Below, piece after piece: positions 1 to 12,424 of a stretch of DNA of 64,000 bases. The number at the start of each line of letters is the position of its first letter. The first letter of the stretch is position 1. Below the pieces are notes generated by a model. That model saw only the letters and a program-made list of their open reading frames with translations, was not told the origin of the DNA and did not search any database. The position numbers and the translations under genes were made by a program. Source of the stretch: Pristiophorus japonicus (taxonomy: Eukaryota); contig NC_091991.1 of NCBI RefSeq assembly GCF_044704955.1, positions 175,708,001 through 175,772,000 on the forward strand, read 5' to 3'.

Positions 1-255
1 AAAAGATCCCATGGCACTATTCCGAAGAGCAGGGGAGTTATCCCCGGTGTCCTGGGCCAATCCCTCGACCAACATCACCAAAACAGATTACCTGATCACT
101 ATCCCATTGCTGTGTGTGGGAGCTTGCTGTGCGCAAATTGGCTGCCGCGTTTCCCACATTACAACAGTGACTACACTTCAACAAGTACTTCATTGGCTGT
201 GAAGCACTTTGGGACGCCCCGAGGTAGTGAAAGGCGCTATATAAATGCAATTTGC
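1..255 (+). mobile_element. DeuSINE 3' half
   Basis: aaaagatcccatggcactatt...gaaaggcgctatataaatgca. Confidence 0.8.
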
Positions 256-391
256 ACATGGGACACGCTGGCCCGGATTGTGACCAATCCCGTCCACCGC
301 CCCAGCATAAACTTAACGGTAACCCCTCCCCCTAGTCTATAGTGGTACTGTGTGCACGCAAGTTTGTCAGAGACCCAGTGACGCGTAGTGA

Positions 392-505
392 GGACACAGG
401 CACACAGAGACACAGAGACACACACACACACACAGACACACAGATAGACACACACAGACACAGAGATAGACACACACACATAGACACAGAGACACAGACA
501 CACAG
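392..505. repeat. (CA)/(CAGA) compound microsatellite
   Basis: Directly visible. Confidence 0.85.
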
Positions 506-1954
506 ACCCTACTTTCCAAGACTCATGGGTCAGATTGACACTTTGGCCAAAGTGTGCAGACTTGTGCCGATTTTAGCCAGTTTTTGCTTATTTAACTTCC
601 CCCTCCCCAAAATTCACCCAAATAAGATTAATTTTTCCACAGCCATCCCGATTTCACGGGTCGTTTGCAACTTATGCAGGCCGCGGGAATCAGAAGGACT
701 TCCATTGGAATTATCTCCCGTTGTAAAAACTTGTTCAAAACAGTGAGATGCCATCGTCAACTAAAATGGCCACAGCTTTGGACGCTAAATAATTTGGTTG
801 ATAATTGCAAATTTCCCTGTGTTGCCCTTCCCTTCCCCAGCCACCATACCTCCAAAACCATTGGATCTAATCGAATCCCGTTCTGATCAATCAAAACAAA
901 ACCCTTTTCAGGAAGCACCTCCCATGGCCTGCGACTCCCTCAACAGCCTGGGGCTCAATTTTGGGGGTGGGACGCATTCTTAGGCCGCACTCATTCAAAA
1001 TGGCTGCCCCCACCTACAAAGTCAACCTGCACGCACGTTGCGAAGGATTGTACACAGCGAGTGCTGAAGGAGAACTCCGAGGCGAAATAAAAATATATTA
1101 TTTTTTTTTGTACAGCTCACGAAGGGGGACACAGTATTTGACAATTGTACGTAGGCCTCTAACGGGACAGGTTTTGCTCGAGAAAGTCACAGGACAGAGA
1201 CAGCAGGCGCTCGAAGGGCGTGGGCTTCCGGGTCCTCAAAAAAAAGTCTTAAAAAGACCGCCCTCATCGTCCTTGTTGGGCGCGGATGACTTTCCAGAAC
1301 ATTCCGACCGGCCTTCGGACGGCAACTTGAACGGTTGGCCGCGAGAGTCAGCCGCGGCGAGTGGCGGCCGTACGAGGGAGGGAGGGGGAGGGGAGCTTGT
1401 CCGCTGCGTGTCCCGGCTCCGAGCAGTGCGCAGGTCTGAGAGACGGACATCGTGGGTCTTCGGTCAAAGCCCACTCCAGTTCAGTGCTCCTCACCCGCTT
1501 GGTGCAAGATGGTTCAATCGGGCTCCTGGCTTTTTGCCTCTGGGTATTTGGCCGGCCACCGCACGAGAGGGCTTGCTGCTTCTTGTTGCTGCAGACTGCA
1601 GCTCCTCGCAAGCTTGGTGGCTTCAACTTGCAGCCGCGATGTTCAAGGGGAGGCCCCTGTTGGGCGGAGAGCATCAAAGCACCCAGATGCGATTCTCAAG
1701 AAGGTTTCCGCCCATGAAGAGGGGTTTCCCCCCCCCCTTGCGTAGGAGCAACCAGGAGTCGGCCATTCGGCCACCTCGAGCCTGTTCCGCCATTCAGTTA
1801 GCTCACGGCTGATCGTAGCTCCATCTAACCCGCCTTGGCTCTGCACCCTTGCCCTCGCCCCCTCCCCGGACCTCCTGCCGACAGGAGTCCCCCTCCCCTG
1901 AGCAACGGCAGGAAGAGGGAGCGGAGGAAGGGCTGGGGGGGGGCGGGGGAGCCC

Positions 1955-2344
1955 CTAGGGGTCGGTGGACCGGACGATGGTGATGACGCTGGTGGCGGGC
2001 GGGGCAGGGCCCTTGGCCACGGTGCGGGCGTATCTCTGGAGGGCCTCGTACCTGGAGCGCAGGCCCTCCAGCTCGGCCCGCATGTGGGCGTTCTCCCTGG
2101 CCAGCATGGCCACCTCCTGCTGGAGGTCAGTCCGCTGCCGCTGCAGCTCCTCCTTCTGCGAGACCCGCTTGACCCGGCAGCTGGCCGCGTAGCCCCGGTT
2201 CTTCAGTGTCCGCCGCCGTTGCTTCAGCTGGACGATCTCCTCCTTGGTCAGGCCCCGCAGGTGCTGGTTCAGCTCTCGCACTGCCATGGACACCAGCTGC
2301 TGGTCGCTGAGCGGGGGGGCAGTATCGCTGGCCTCCTTCTTAAC
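1955..2344 (-). CDS. MAFK: Small Maf bZIP transcription factor (MAFK-like), last coding exon
   Basis: Minus-strand acceptor ...ttgtggtgacag|GTT AAG AAG GAG. Translation [68 protein letters not shown]...[13 protein letters not shown] contains the Maf extended homology region, the basic region NRGYAASCR and the small-Maf SVITIV tail. Family is near-certain; paralog (K, G or F) is not. Confidence 0.9.
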   Translation of the reverse strand, partial: VKKEASDTAPPLSDQQLVSMAVRELNQHLRGLTKEEIVQLKQRRRTLKNRGYAASCRVKRVSQKEELQRQRTDLQQEVAMLARENAHMRAELEGLRSRYEALQRYARTVAKGPAPPATSVITIVRSTDP

Positions 2345-2717
2345 CTGTCACCACAAAATACTTCCAGGTTACTGTCTTTCTGTCCCTCCGCCTCACTGCC
2401 TGCTCTCCCCCCACCTCCTCCCTCCCCAGCTCCCCCTGCCCTGCGCCCCCTCCACCCCCAGTTTTCCATTTAACTCTCAGCACCATACCCTTTAAGAAGC
2501 ACGACAAAGCCGTCCTCTCAATCAGCAGCCCATCCACCTCCCTAAACATCCCCCATCTCCACCACCGGCGCCCCCTGGCGGCAGTGTGCACCATCCACAA
2601 GATGCACCGCAGCAACTGGCCCAAGGCCTCTTCGCCAGCACCTCCCAAACCCGTGATCTCCACCGCCGAGAAGGACAAGGGCAGCAGGCGCCTGGGAACG
2701 CCGTCATAAGAACATAA

Positions 2718-3090
2718 GCCAAAGGTGGGCAGAGGAAACGTCACAGGGACCACCCTCGAAGCCTCCCTGATAAAGTGCAACATCCCCCACCGACACCTGG
2801 GAGTCCCTGGCCAAAGACCAGTCCGCCCTAAGTGGAGGAAGTGCATCCGGGAGGGCGCTGAGCACCTCGAGTCTCGTCGCCGAGAGCGTGCAGAAACCAA
2901 GCGCAGGCAGCGGAAGGAGCGTGCGGCAAACCAGACTCCCCGCCCGCTCTTTCCCTCAACGACTATCTGTCCCACCTGCGACAGGGACTGTGGCTCTCGT
3001 ATTGGGCTGTTCAGCCACCTAAGGTCTCATTTTTAGAGTGGAAGCAAGTCTTCCTCGATTCCGAGGGACTGCCGATGATGATGATGATGA
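2718..3090 (+). mobile_element. RTE-clade LINE 3' end
   Basis: LIKCNIP...CPTCDRDCGSRIGLFSHLRSH zinc-finger-like C-terminus and (GAT)n tail. Confidence 0.8.
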
Positions 3091-3420
3091 AGAACATAAG
3101 AAATAGGAGCAGGAGTCGGCCATTCGGCCCCTCGAGCCTGCTCCGCCATTCAATAAGATCGCGGCTGATCATTGACCTCAACTCCACTTTCCCGCCCGAT
3201 CCCCATATCCCTTGATTCCCCTAGACTCCAAAAATCTATCGATCTCAGCCTTGAATATACTCAGAGACTCATCATCCACAGTCCTCTGGGGCGGAGAATT
3301 ACATAGATTCACAACCCTCTGAGAGAAGAAATTCCTCCTCACCTCAGTCTTAAATGGCCGACCCCTTATCCTGAGACTGTGCCCCCTGGTTCTAGACTCC
3401 CCAGCCAGGGAGAAACAGCC
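3090..3420 (-). mobile_element. CR1 LINE 3' fragment in the Maf intron
   Basis: aagaacataagaaataggagcaggagtcggccattcggcccctcgagcc tail. Confidence 0.85.
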
Positions 3421-3857
3421 TCCACGTTCCCCTCCAAGTCACACACCATCCTGATTTGGGACACGCATAGTCATTGGATGAAAAGCCTGGAACTCCTTCC
3501 CTAACAGCATCTTCAGTTCAAGGTGGCCCAGCACCATTTACTCAAGGGCAACTGGGGATGGACAATAAATGTTGGCCGTGGTGGTGAAAAGGGGCAGTGG
3601 GCCTTCTCCTTGAACCGCTGCAGTCCGTGTGGTGAAGGTGCTCCCACAGTGCTGTTAGGGAGGGAGTTCCAGGATTGTGACCCAGCGACGATGAAGGAAC
3701 GGCCGATATATTTCCAAGTCAGGATGGTGTGTGACTTGGAGGGGAACGTGGAGGTGGTGGTGTTCCCAGGCGCCTGCTGCCCTTGTCCTTCGAGGCGGTG
3801 GAGATCACGGGTTTGGGAGGTGCTGGCGAAGAAGCCTTGGGCGAGTTGCTGCAGTGC

Positions 3858-4290
3858 AACAACAACTTGTATTTATATAGCGCCTTTAACTTAGTAAAAC
3901 GTCCCAAGGTGCTTCACTGAGTGTTAGCAGATAAAAATGTGACACCGAGCCACACAAGGAGAAATTAGGCCAGATGACCAAAAGCTTGGTCAAAGAGGTC
4001 GGTTTTAAGGAGCGTCTTGAAGGAGGAAAGAGAGGTAGAGAGGTGGAGAGGTTTAGGCAGGGAGTTCCAGAGCTTGGGGCCTCGGCAACAGAAGGCACGG
4101 CCACCAATAGTGGAGTGATTATAATCAGGGATGCTAAGGAGGGCAGAATTAGAGGAGCGCAGACATCTCGGGGGGGTTGTGGGGCTGGAGGAGATTACAG
4201 AGATAGGGAGGGGCGAGGTCATGGAGGGATTTGTAAACAAGGATGAGAAGTTTGAAATCGAGGCGTTGTTGGACTGGGAACCTCAGTGGA
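3858..4290 (-). mobile_element. L2-clade LINE 3' fragment
   Basis: GGRAFCCRGPKLWNSLP...SFKTLLKTDLF; tail ggcgctatataaatacaagttgttgttg. Confidence 0.85.
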
Positions 4291-4607
4291 TGGTACACAC
4301 TGCAGCCACGGTGTGCCGGTGATGGTGGGACTGAATGTTATCCTCCCCTCAACAATGAAACAATGCTGGAGGGGGATTGCAGAGATAGGGAGGGGCGAGG
4401 CCACGGAGGGACTTGACGATGAGGTATACACATTGCTGCTTAGCGGAATATTTTAAAAAGGGGAATAAACACGGTGAGAAGTCTAAACGGAAAGGTCAAA
4501 CTTCCCATTTTGCTGCTCCCCTGCGCAGGGTCAGGAGACGGGATAGAACTGCTGAGGTAAACAGTTAAACAGCAGCAAAATGACACAAATAGAAAAGGGA
4601 TCCTCAC

Positions 4608-4643
4608 CTTTATTGCTTTGCTTCCTTTAAGATTGGCCGACAT
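4608..4643 (-). CDS. MAFK: Small Maf gene, first coding exon (MSANLKGSKAIK); exon probably 4608-4683 including 5'UTR
   Basis: GGGTAATG start context, 12 codons resembling the small-Maf N-terminus (...KALK), donor AAG|gtgagg in phase 0 that joins the exon starting at 2344, and upstream acceptor tttcttgtgattgcag at 4684. Confidence 0.88.
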
Positions 4644-4769
4644 TACCCTGCCAACACCCGAGAGCACAGACGCAGAAATTACACTGCAATCACAAGAAAG
4701 CACAAATCATAAAGTGTTATTTCAATGGGTCACCGTTAAAAATTACATCAGAGAAGTGTAACAATAGAT

Positions 4770-5265
4770 TAGCTGCTGAGATCCTCATCCAATCCTTTGT
4801 TACCTCGAGACTTGACTATTCCAACACACTCCTGGCTGGCCTCCCACATTCTACCCTACGTAAACTAGAGGTAATCCAAAACTCGGCTGCCCCTGTCCTA
4901 ACTCGCACCAAGTCCCACTCACCCATCACCCCCTGTGCTCGCTGACCTACATTGGCTCCTAGTTAAGCAACGCCTTGATTTCAAAATTCTCATCCTTGTT
5001 TACAATTCCCTCCATAGCCTCGCCCCTCCCTATCTCTGTAATCTCCTCCAGCCCCAAAACCCCCACCCCCCGAGATGTCTGCGCTCCTCTAATTCTGCCC
5101 TCTTGAGCATCCCTGATTATAATCGCTCGATCATTGGTGGCCGTGCCTTCAGCTGCCTGGGCCCCAAGCTCTGGAACTCCCTCCCGAAACCTCTCTGCCT
5201 CACTTTCCTCCTTTAAGACGCTACTTAAAACGTACATCTTTGACCAAGCTTTTGGTCACCTGCCC
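4770..5265 (+). mobile_element. L2-clade LINE 3' fragment
   Basis: LHWLLVKQRLDFKILILVY...GGRAFSCLGPKLWNSLP, typical L2 ORF2 end. Confidence 0.85.
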
Positions 5266-5377
5266 TGGAGTGGGACTTGTCTAAAGGCCACCCTCCCCCG
5301 CCATTGTTTATTTCCCCCCCCCTCTTCATTTGGTGAAGTGTGTGACCCTCACCGTGCAGGAGGCACAGACCCAACCA

Positions 5378-5922
5378 AATCCCCTCACCTCCCCCAGCCG
5401 AGCCCCCTCACCTCCCCCAGCCGAGCCCCCTCACCTCCCCCAGCAGGGCCCCCACACCTCCCCCAGCAGGGCCCCCTCACCTCCGCCAGCAGGGCCCCCT
5501 CACCTCACCCAGCCGAGCCCCCTCACCTCCCCCAGCCGAGCCCCCTCACCTCCCCCAGCCGGGCCCCCTCACCTCCCCCAGCCGAGCCCCCTCACCTCCC
5601 CCAGCCGAGCCCCCTCACCTCCCCCAGCCGAGCCCCCTCACCTCCCCCAACCGAGCCCCCTCACCTCCCCCAACCGAATCCCCTCACCTCCCCCAACCGA
5701 ATCCCCTCACCTCCCCCAGCCGAATCCCCTCACCTCCCCCAGCCGAGCCCCCTCACCTCCCCCAGCCGAATCCCCTCACCTCCCCCAGCCGAGCCCCCTC
5801 ACCTCCCCCGCCTCCCCCAGCCGAATCCCCTCGCCTCCCCCAGCCGAGCCCCCTCGCCTCCCCCAGCCGAGCCCCCTCGCCTCCCCCAGCCGAGCCCCCT
5901 CGCCTCCCCCAGCCGAGCCCCG
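5378..5922. repeat. 23-bp C-rich minisatellite (gccgagccccctcacctccccca)n
   Basis: Tandem copies visible directly. The Pro/Ser-rich ORFs here repeat every 23 aa, equal to three 23-nt units. Confidence 0.92.
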
Positions 5923-6429
5923 CCAGTCCGATGCTGCCTTTCGATTGGCCCTCCAGTTAGGCGTTAGCTGGGTTCGTCGCCCTTTGCGAGAGGAGAGTGC
6001 TGAACGAGCCCACACCACCGTACCCCCCCTCCCCCCCCGACCTGCAAATGCTCGACTACCCAAAATGGGGAAACGGTTTACATTCCCCAACACCGAACCC
6101 GAGGAGCACAAAAATTCACACCCCCTCCCCCAGAAACGTTTGCACAGAACTAGCACCTACCTGCTGGGATGTGGGAAGGGCATCGGGCAAGGGGGGGGGG
6201 GGGGGGGGGGGGGGGAGAAAGATGGGTTGGGGGGGGGCAGGGAGATTCTGCTCTCTGGTTCTGTTGCAAATGGACTCATAAAAAGCAAAGTATGAACATT
6301 TTGCCCAGGAGACGGGTAGGTTAAAGATTCAGTAAAGGCGGGAGAGGAAGAGAGAGATTTGAAAACAGCCCCCTCAAGAAAGAGTGGAAAGAATAAGACA
6401 GCAAATAAATGAGGAAACCATTTAGAATG

Positions 6430-6910
6430 AAAGCGACGGATGAGTGGGAGTGAATGCAGGGTGACGTTTGAAGCGAGACAGGTCGGAGCTAAGCCCCCCA
6501 GCTCACTTACGTACGTACGAACCACGCAGTGAGCGACCACATCCTGGACATCTATGGTCGAGCACCTCCCACCCGACCCGACCCTGTCAAAGGTTTCCGC
6601 GCAGGCTGCAACCTGCCTTTGATCCCACAACCGCTTTGATCTCCGCTGTGCAGACATCACCCGGGCTCCCCCCTCTCCCCTCCCTCCCCCCACTCAGAGT
6701 GTACCGTCACGCACTGAGGATTTCGCAAACCCCCCCGGGTACGGGCGCACGCGCGCGGGCGGGAACAGCGGTCTTGTGCGCAGAGGCCTGGGGCCCAGTA
6801 TCCCGAGGCCTCGGGTCGATTCAGACCCAACGCGCGGCCAAAACCAAATGCTTCCTCTACTGCTTGATCCCCCCCGATGGGTCAGGTGGTTAAGCTCACG
6901 ACCCCGTGGT
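6430..6910 (-). promoter_or_regulatory. CpG-rich patch, possible proximal alternative first exon of the small Maf gene
   Basis: CpG-dense non-repeat DNA 1.8-2.2 kb upstream of coding exon 1, with a minus-strand donor |gtaagtgag at 6510. Confidence 0.35.
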
Positions 6911-7337
6911 ACGGACAAACTGATCAGGAAGATCCCAGCTTCGATGCTCAGTGTTGGCCAAAACCACTACCAACTTGCATTTATATAGCGCCTTTAACGT
7001 TGTAAAATTAACAGAATTTGGTACCAAGCCACATGCAATGTTATTAGGGCAGATGACCAAAAGATTGGTCAAAAAACCTCGACTTTTTTGTTTTCATACT
7101 CTGCCCATACCCAAGTCTGAATCACCTTGTCTATAAATCGAGAACATAAGTTGACCCAACACTGACCCCTGGAGTACACCAGGGTCAGCTGTGGCTCAGT
7201 AGGTAGCACCCTCACCACTGAGTCAGAAGGTTGTGGGTTCAAGTCCCATTCCAGGGACTTCAGCCCAAAATCCAGGCTGACACTCCAGTGCAGTGCTGAG
7301 GGAGCGCCGCACTGTCGGAGGTGCCGTCTTTCGATTG

Positions 7338-7701
7338 CAATGGGTTTAGACAGGTTAGACGCAGGAAGAATGTTCCCAATGTTGGGGAAGTCCAGAACCA
7401 GGGGTCACAGTCTAAGGATAAGGGGGAAGCCATTTAGGACCGAGATGAGGAGAAACTTCTTCACCCAGAGAGTGGTGAACCTGTGGAATTCTCTACCACA
7501 GGAAGTTGTTGAGGCCAATTCACTAAATATATTCAAAAAGGAGTTAGATGTAGTCCTTACTACTAGGGGGATCAAGGGGTATGGCGAGAAAGCAGGAATG
7601 GGGTACTAAAGTTGCATGTTCAGCCATGAACTCATTGAATGGCGGTGCAGGCTAGAAGGGCCGAATGGCCTACTCCTGCACCTATTTTCTATGTTTCTAT
7701 G
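7338..7701 (+). mobile_element. CR1 LINE 3' fragment nested inside a SINE (SINE halves 7184-7335 and 7702-7997)
   Basis: The SINE breaks after gtgccgtctttcga and resumes at taaaccgaggccc after the CR1 tail ttctatgtttctatg. Confidence 0.88.
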
Positions 7702-8119
7702 TAAACCGAGGCCCTGTCTGCTTTCTCAGGTGGGCGTAATGATCCCACGGCATTATTCCGAACAAGAGCAGGGGAGTTCTCCTCGGTGTCCTGGGGCCAA
7801 TATTTATCACTGAAACAGATTGTCTGGTCAGTATCACATTGCTGTTTGTGGGAGCTTGCTGTGCGCAAATTGACTGCCGCATTTCCCACATTACAACAGT
7901 GACTACACGCCACAAGTGCTTTACTTCATTGGCTGTAAAGCGCTTTGCGACGTCCCCAGGTTGTGTAAAGGTGCTATATAAATGCAAGTGTCTTTCAATT
8001 CCAACCCTGAAACTCCAAACCCATTTTACCGGAACCAATAACTTTCCTGTCTGTCTGTGCTGGTACATTTCCTGCTCCAAACGCCTGAACTTTATTTAAC
8101 AGGCCTTCTGAAGATCCAT

Positions 8120-9510
8120 TTACATAGAATCATAGAACCATTCGGCCCATCATGTCCGCGCCGACCTAAATAGAGCCACCCAGCCTAATCCCACCTTCCA
8201 GCCCTCGGTCCATAGCCCTGCAGGTTACGGCACTTCAGGTGCACATCCAAGTACTTTTTAAATGTGGTGACAGTTTCTGCCTCTACCACCCTTTGAGGCA
8301 GTGAGTTCCAGATCCCCACCACCCTCTGGGTGAAAAAAGTTCTCCTTAAATCCCCTCTAAACCTTCGACCAATTACTTTAAGTCTATGCCCCCTGGTTAT
8401 TGACCCCTCTGCTAAGGGAAATAGGTCCTTCCTCAGCCTTGTCTGTTCGAAAGAAAACAACCCCAGCCTATCCAATCTTTCCTCATAGCTAAAATTCTCC
8501 AGTCCCGGCAACATCCTCGCAAACCTCCTCTGTACCCTCACCAGTGCAATTACATCTTTCCTGTAATGTGGTGACCAGAACTGCACGCAGTACTCCAGCT
8601 GTGGCCTAATTAGTGTTTTATACAGTTCCAGCATAACCCCCCTGCTCTTGTATTCTATGCCTCGGCTAAGGCAGGCAAGCATTCCATATGCCTTCGCAAC
8701 CTTACCCAACTGTTGATACTTTCAGGGATCTGTGGACATGCACTCCAAGGTCCCTCTGTACCTCTATGTTTCTCAGTGTCCTACCATTTAATGTGTATTC
8801 CCTTGCCTTGTCAGCCCTCCTCAAATGCATTAACTCACACTTCTCCGGATTGAATTCCATTTGCCAATTTTCTGCCCAACTGACCAGTCTGTTGATATCT
8901 TGCTGCAGTCTAAAGCTTTCTTCTTCACTCTCAACCACACGGACAATGTTTGTATCATCTGCCCTCTACAATGAAGTCTAACTCATTGATATAAACCACA
9001 AAAAGCAAAGGATCGAGTACTGAGCCCTGTGGAACCCCACTAGAAACAGTTTTCCAGTCACAGAAACACCGGTCGACCATTACCTTTTGCTTCCTGCCAC
9101 TGAGCCAATTTTGGATCCAATTTGCCGCTCTCCCTGGGCTTTTACTTTTCCGAGCAGTCTGCCATGTGGGACCTTGTCAAAGGCCTTGCTAAAATCCATG
9201 TAGACTACATCAAACACACTGGCCTCATCTGTAAATGTCGACCTTCCTTGTTACCCCCTCAAAACATTCAATCAAGTTAGTCAGACACGACCTTCCCTTA
9301 GCCAATCCATGCTGACGGTCCTCGAACAATCTGTGCCTTTACAAATGACAATTAATACCCTCCCTCAGAAGTTTTTCTGCTAACTTACCCACCTCCGAGG
9401 TTAGGCTGACTGGCCTGTAATTATTCAGTCTATCCCTTTCTAAACAACAGTACAACATTAGCAGTTCTCCAATCCTCCGGCAGCACACCTGTAGCCAGAG
9501 AGGATTGCCT
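8120..9510 (-). mobile_element. Degenerate CR1 LINE ORF2 fragment
   Basis: ORFs 8185-8709 and 8702-8938 (WQMEFNPEKCE, LEYCVQFWSPHY, FFTQRVVGIWNSLP). Confidence 0.9.
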
Positions 9511-12173
9511 CGGGTGTCATCTCGTTACCTGTACAACCAGTCACTTCTTCAAAAAAACTTTATCAAACACAACTTGCCTTCAACAAACCTGAGCTAACTG
9601 CCTGAGTACCCCCTGTGCCTCAAAGTGCCAACTAGTTTAATCTTGAATTATGTATTTAAGAGTTTGCCCACGGCAGAGATTAGACTAACTAGTCTACGGT
9701 AAGCCGGATTAAGCCCCTCTCCCTTCCTTGACAAGAGCGAGAAACAATTTCTTGATAGAGAGAAACTATTTTTTCTGGTGGGGGGCTGGGGTCCAGAACA
9801 AGGGGCATAACCTTAAAATTAGAGCCAGGCCGTTCAGCGGGGGTGATGTCAGGAAGTGCTGCTTCACACACAGGGCAGTGGGAATCTGGGACTCTCTCCC
9901 TCAAAAAGTTGTTGAGGCTGGAGGTCAATTAAAAATGTCAAAACTGAGATTGATAATTTTTGTTAAGCAAGGGTATTAAGGGTTACAGAACCAAATGGGT
10001 AGATAGAGTTAAGGTGCAGATCTGCCATGATCTAACTGAATGGCAGAATGGCCTCCTCCTGTTCCTATCTTCCCCGAGCAACGACGTTACACGAACTACC
10101 CTCCAGTTTCCCCTGCCTTTGATTTGCATATCTGACCAGGATTGAGAAAGCTATGGTCCCAGCTAGTAAGAGTGAAAAATTGAAGGGGATTTTTTTTTTT
10201 TAAGTTTCTCTTAAAAGGCAGTAATCTGATTCAAAAACGAAACCTCATTTGTCACCGTGGAAACAAAGGCTCTCTTATCACAGATCTCTGTGGTTATGCT
10301 CCGTTATAAAAGGTACAATTGAATTCCGACACAGCCAGGTATTTGGGGTGAATTTCCCACATGTGTAAACAAGAACCATTTCAGGGGTTGGTCACATGCC
10401 AGCACCATGCGCCCCCTCAAATCCTTCCCCCAGTTACTTCCTTTCTCTCCGTTGCCTGATGCACCCCCCCCCTCCCCCCAATTGTTCCAAACTCGCATTT
10501 CTACAGCGCCGTTCACCACTTTAGGGCGTCCCAAAACGCTTTACAGCCAATGAAGTACTTTTTGGAGAGTAGTCACTGTTGTAATGTAGGAAATACCGCA
10601 AGCAATTAGCGCACAGCAAGCTCCCACAAAGAGCAATGTGATAATGACCAGATGATCTGTTTTTAGGTGTTGGTTGAGGGATAAATATTGGCCACAGGAC
10701 ACCGGGGATAACTCCCCTGCTCTGCTTCGAAATAGTGCCGTGAGATCTTTTAAGTCCACCTGAGAGGGCAGATGGGGCCTCGGTTTAACGTTTCATCTGA
10801 AAGACGGCACCTCTGACAGCGTGGCACTCCCTCAGCACTGCTCTGGGAGTGTCAGCCTATACTGCTGGTGCTCAAGTCCCTGAAGTGCCTGATGCCACCC
10901 CCAATTGTTCCAAACTCGCATTTCTACAGCGCCGTTCACCACTTTAGGGCGTCCCAAAACGCTTTACAGCCAACGATAAGTACTTTTTCGAGAGTAGTCA
11001 CTGTTGTAATGTAAGAAATACCGCAAGCAATTTGATAGATAGATAGATTTTTAACCAATAAGGGAATTACGGGTTACGGGGAGCGGGCGGGTAAGTGGAG
11101 CCGAGTCCACGGCCAGATCAGCCATGATCTTATTGAATGGCAGAGCAGGCTCGAGGGGCTAGATGTTCTACTCCTGTTCCTAATTCTTATGTTCTTATGT
11201 AAGTGGGGTTTGAACCCACAACCTTCTGAGAGGCAAGTGTGCTGTTCACTGAGCCACGGCTGACACAAAGCTGGGCAAGCGGGTAAAGGGAACATTGTTC
11301 ACCGACCGAGCCAAGCAGATACAGTGTTGCTGACTGATTGATGGGGTCCATCGGACTGTAGACCACCATCTCTTCACACCCCCCTCCCCCCCACAACCCC
11401 TCAGCTCCCACTTACCTGCCAGTGTACATGTATTCAGTCAAAGAAAGTTGTGTGCCTGTGCTACACTCAGTACATTGTTAATCGCAAGCCATGAGCTGCA
11501 GATACCCCAGGCACCTTCAATTCTATCTCACAAGAAGCACTGACACAGATTTCTGTGGAAGAGTCGGATAGCCAGGTGGTGAAGGATAGAATACTCAAGC
11601 CTAGTCTTCAGTCACTTACAACCCTAGATATATAAATATATATATATGTATATACACACACACACACACACAGAGATGCACCTTACATACCATGTACTCC
11701 CAAGATAACTTCCTTCCAGCCTGCTCCCATATATACGAACACAAGAGAGTCCGCAATTAATGCCCACCACTTGAACACAATTGACAATCTGCACTTGGTG
11801 CTCAAACTAAATGGGCTTCGAACAGAGATTTATATAGAATGTACAGCACAGGAACTGGCCATTCAGCCCAATTGGTCCGTGCCAGTGTTTATGTTCCACA
11901 CGGGCCGCCTCCCACCCCTCCTCACCTCACCCCATCACCAGATCCTTCTATCCCTTCCTCCCCCATGTGTTTATCTAGCTTCCCCTTAGATGCATCATAT
12001 GCAAATCAATTTCCAGGTAAATGATGTTTGACATGCTTGCCAGACAAGGGGAAATGTTTTGCAAAGAGTTGCATGGAAGGATGGAGGAAACCCATTGAAA
12101 CCACACACATATATCTATCGACACATTCACCCACCACATGCACAGATCCAGACTGTGCAAGCAGCTTACTCAC

Positions 12174-12390
12174 CTGCAGTTTTTAAAGCAATGCATTTAA
12201 AGCAAAAGACCATTGCAATTGAGTGCAAAATGCTGCTTGCACTGTGCGGGGGTCTGGCCTGTGTGGCAGGGGTCCCCTCTCCCTCCCTTCCAAACATCCC
12301 AAGCACGCGCGACATCCGCGCCCCGGGAGACAGCTGCCATGGCAACCGGAGAGTATTCAATCAAACCCTGGCCGGGGTCGCCATGGAAAC
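12174..12390 (-). promoter_or_regulatory. Tandem RFX X-box promoter with a candidate non-coding exon
   Basis: GCTGCCATGGCAAC (12333-12346) and GTCGCCATGGAAAC (12377-12390) in a CpG-rich patch; strong minus-strand donor CAG|gtgagtaag at 12173. Confidence 0.5.
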
Positions 12391-12424
12391 CGCCATTGTT
12401 GCGGCGTACCCCAGGCATGATTGA

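Noticed and set aside
961-1812. 283-aa plus-strand ORF
   Set aside because: Antisense to the GC-rich Maf 3'UTR, ends in a CR1 fragment, no homology recognised.
5134-6295. Extensin-like Pro/Ser-rich ORFs
   Set aside because: Translation of the 23-bp minisatellite.
7184-7260. tRNA-like A and B boxes, also at other copies
   Set aside because: These are SINE heads continuing into the SINE body, not tRNA genes.
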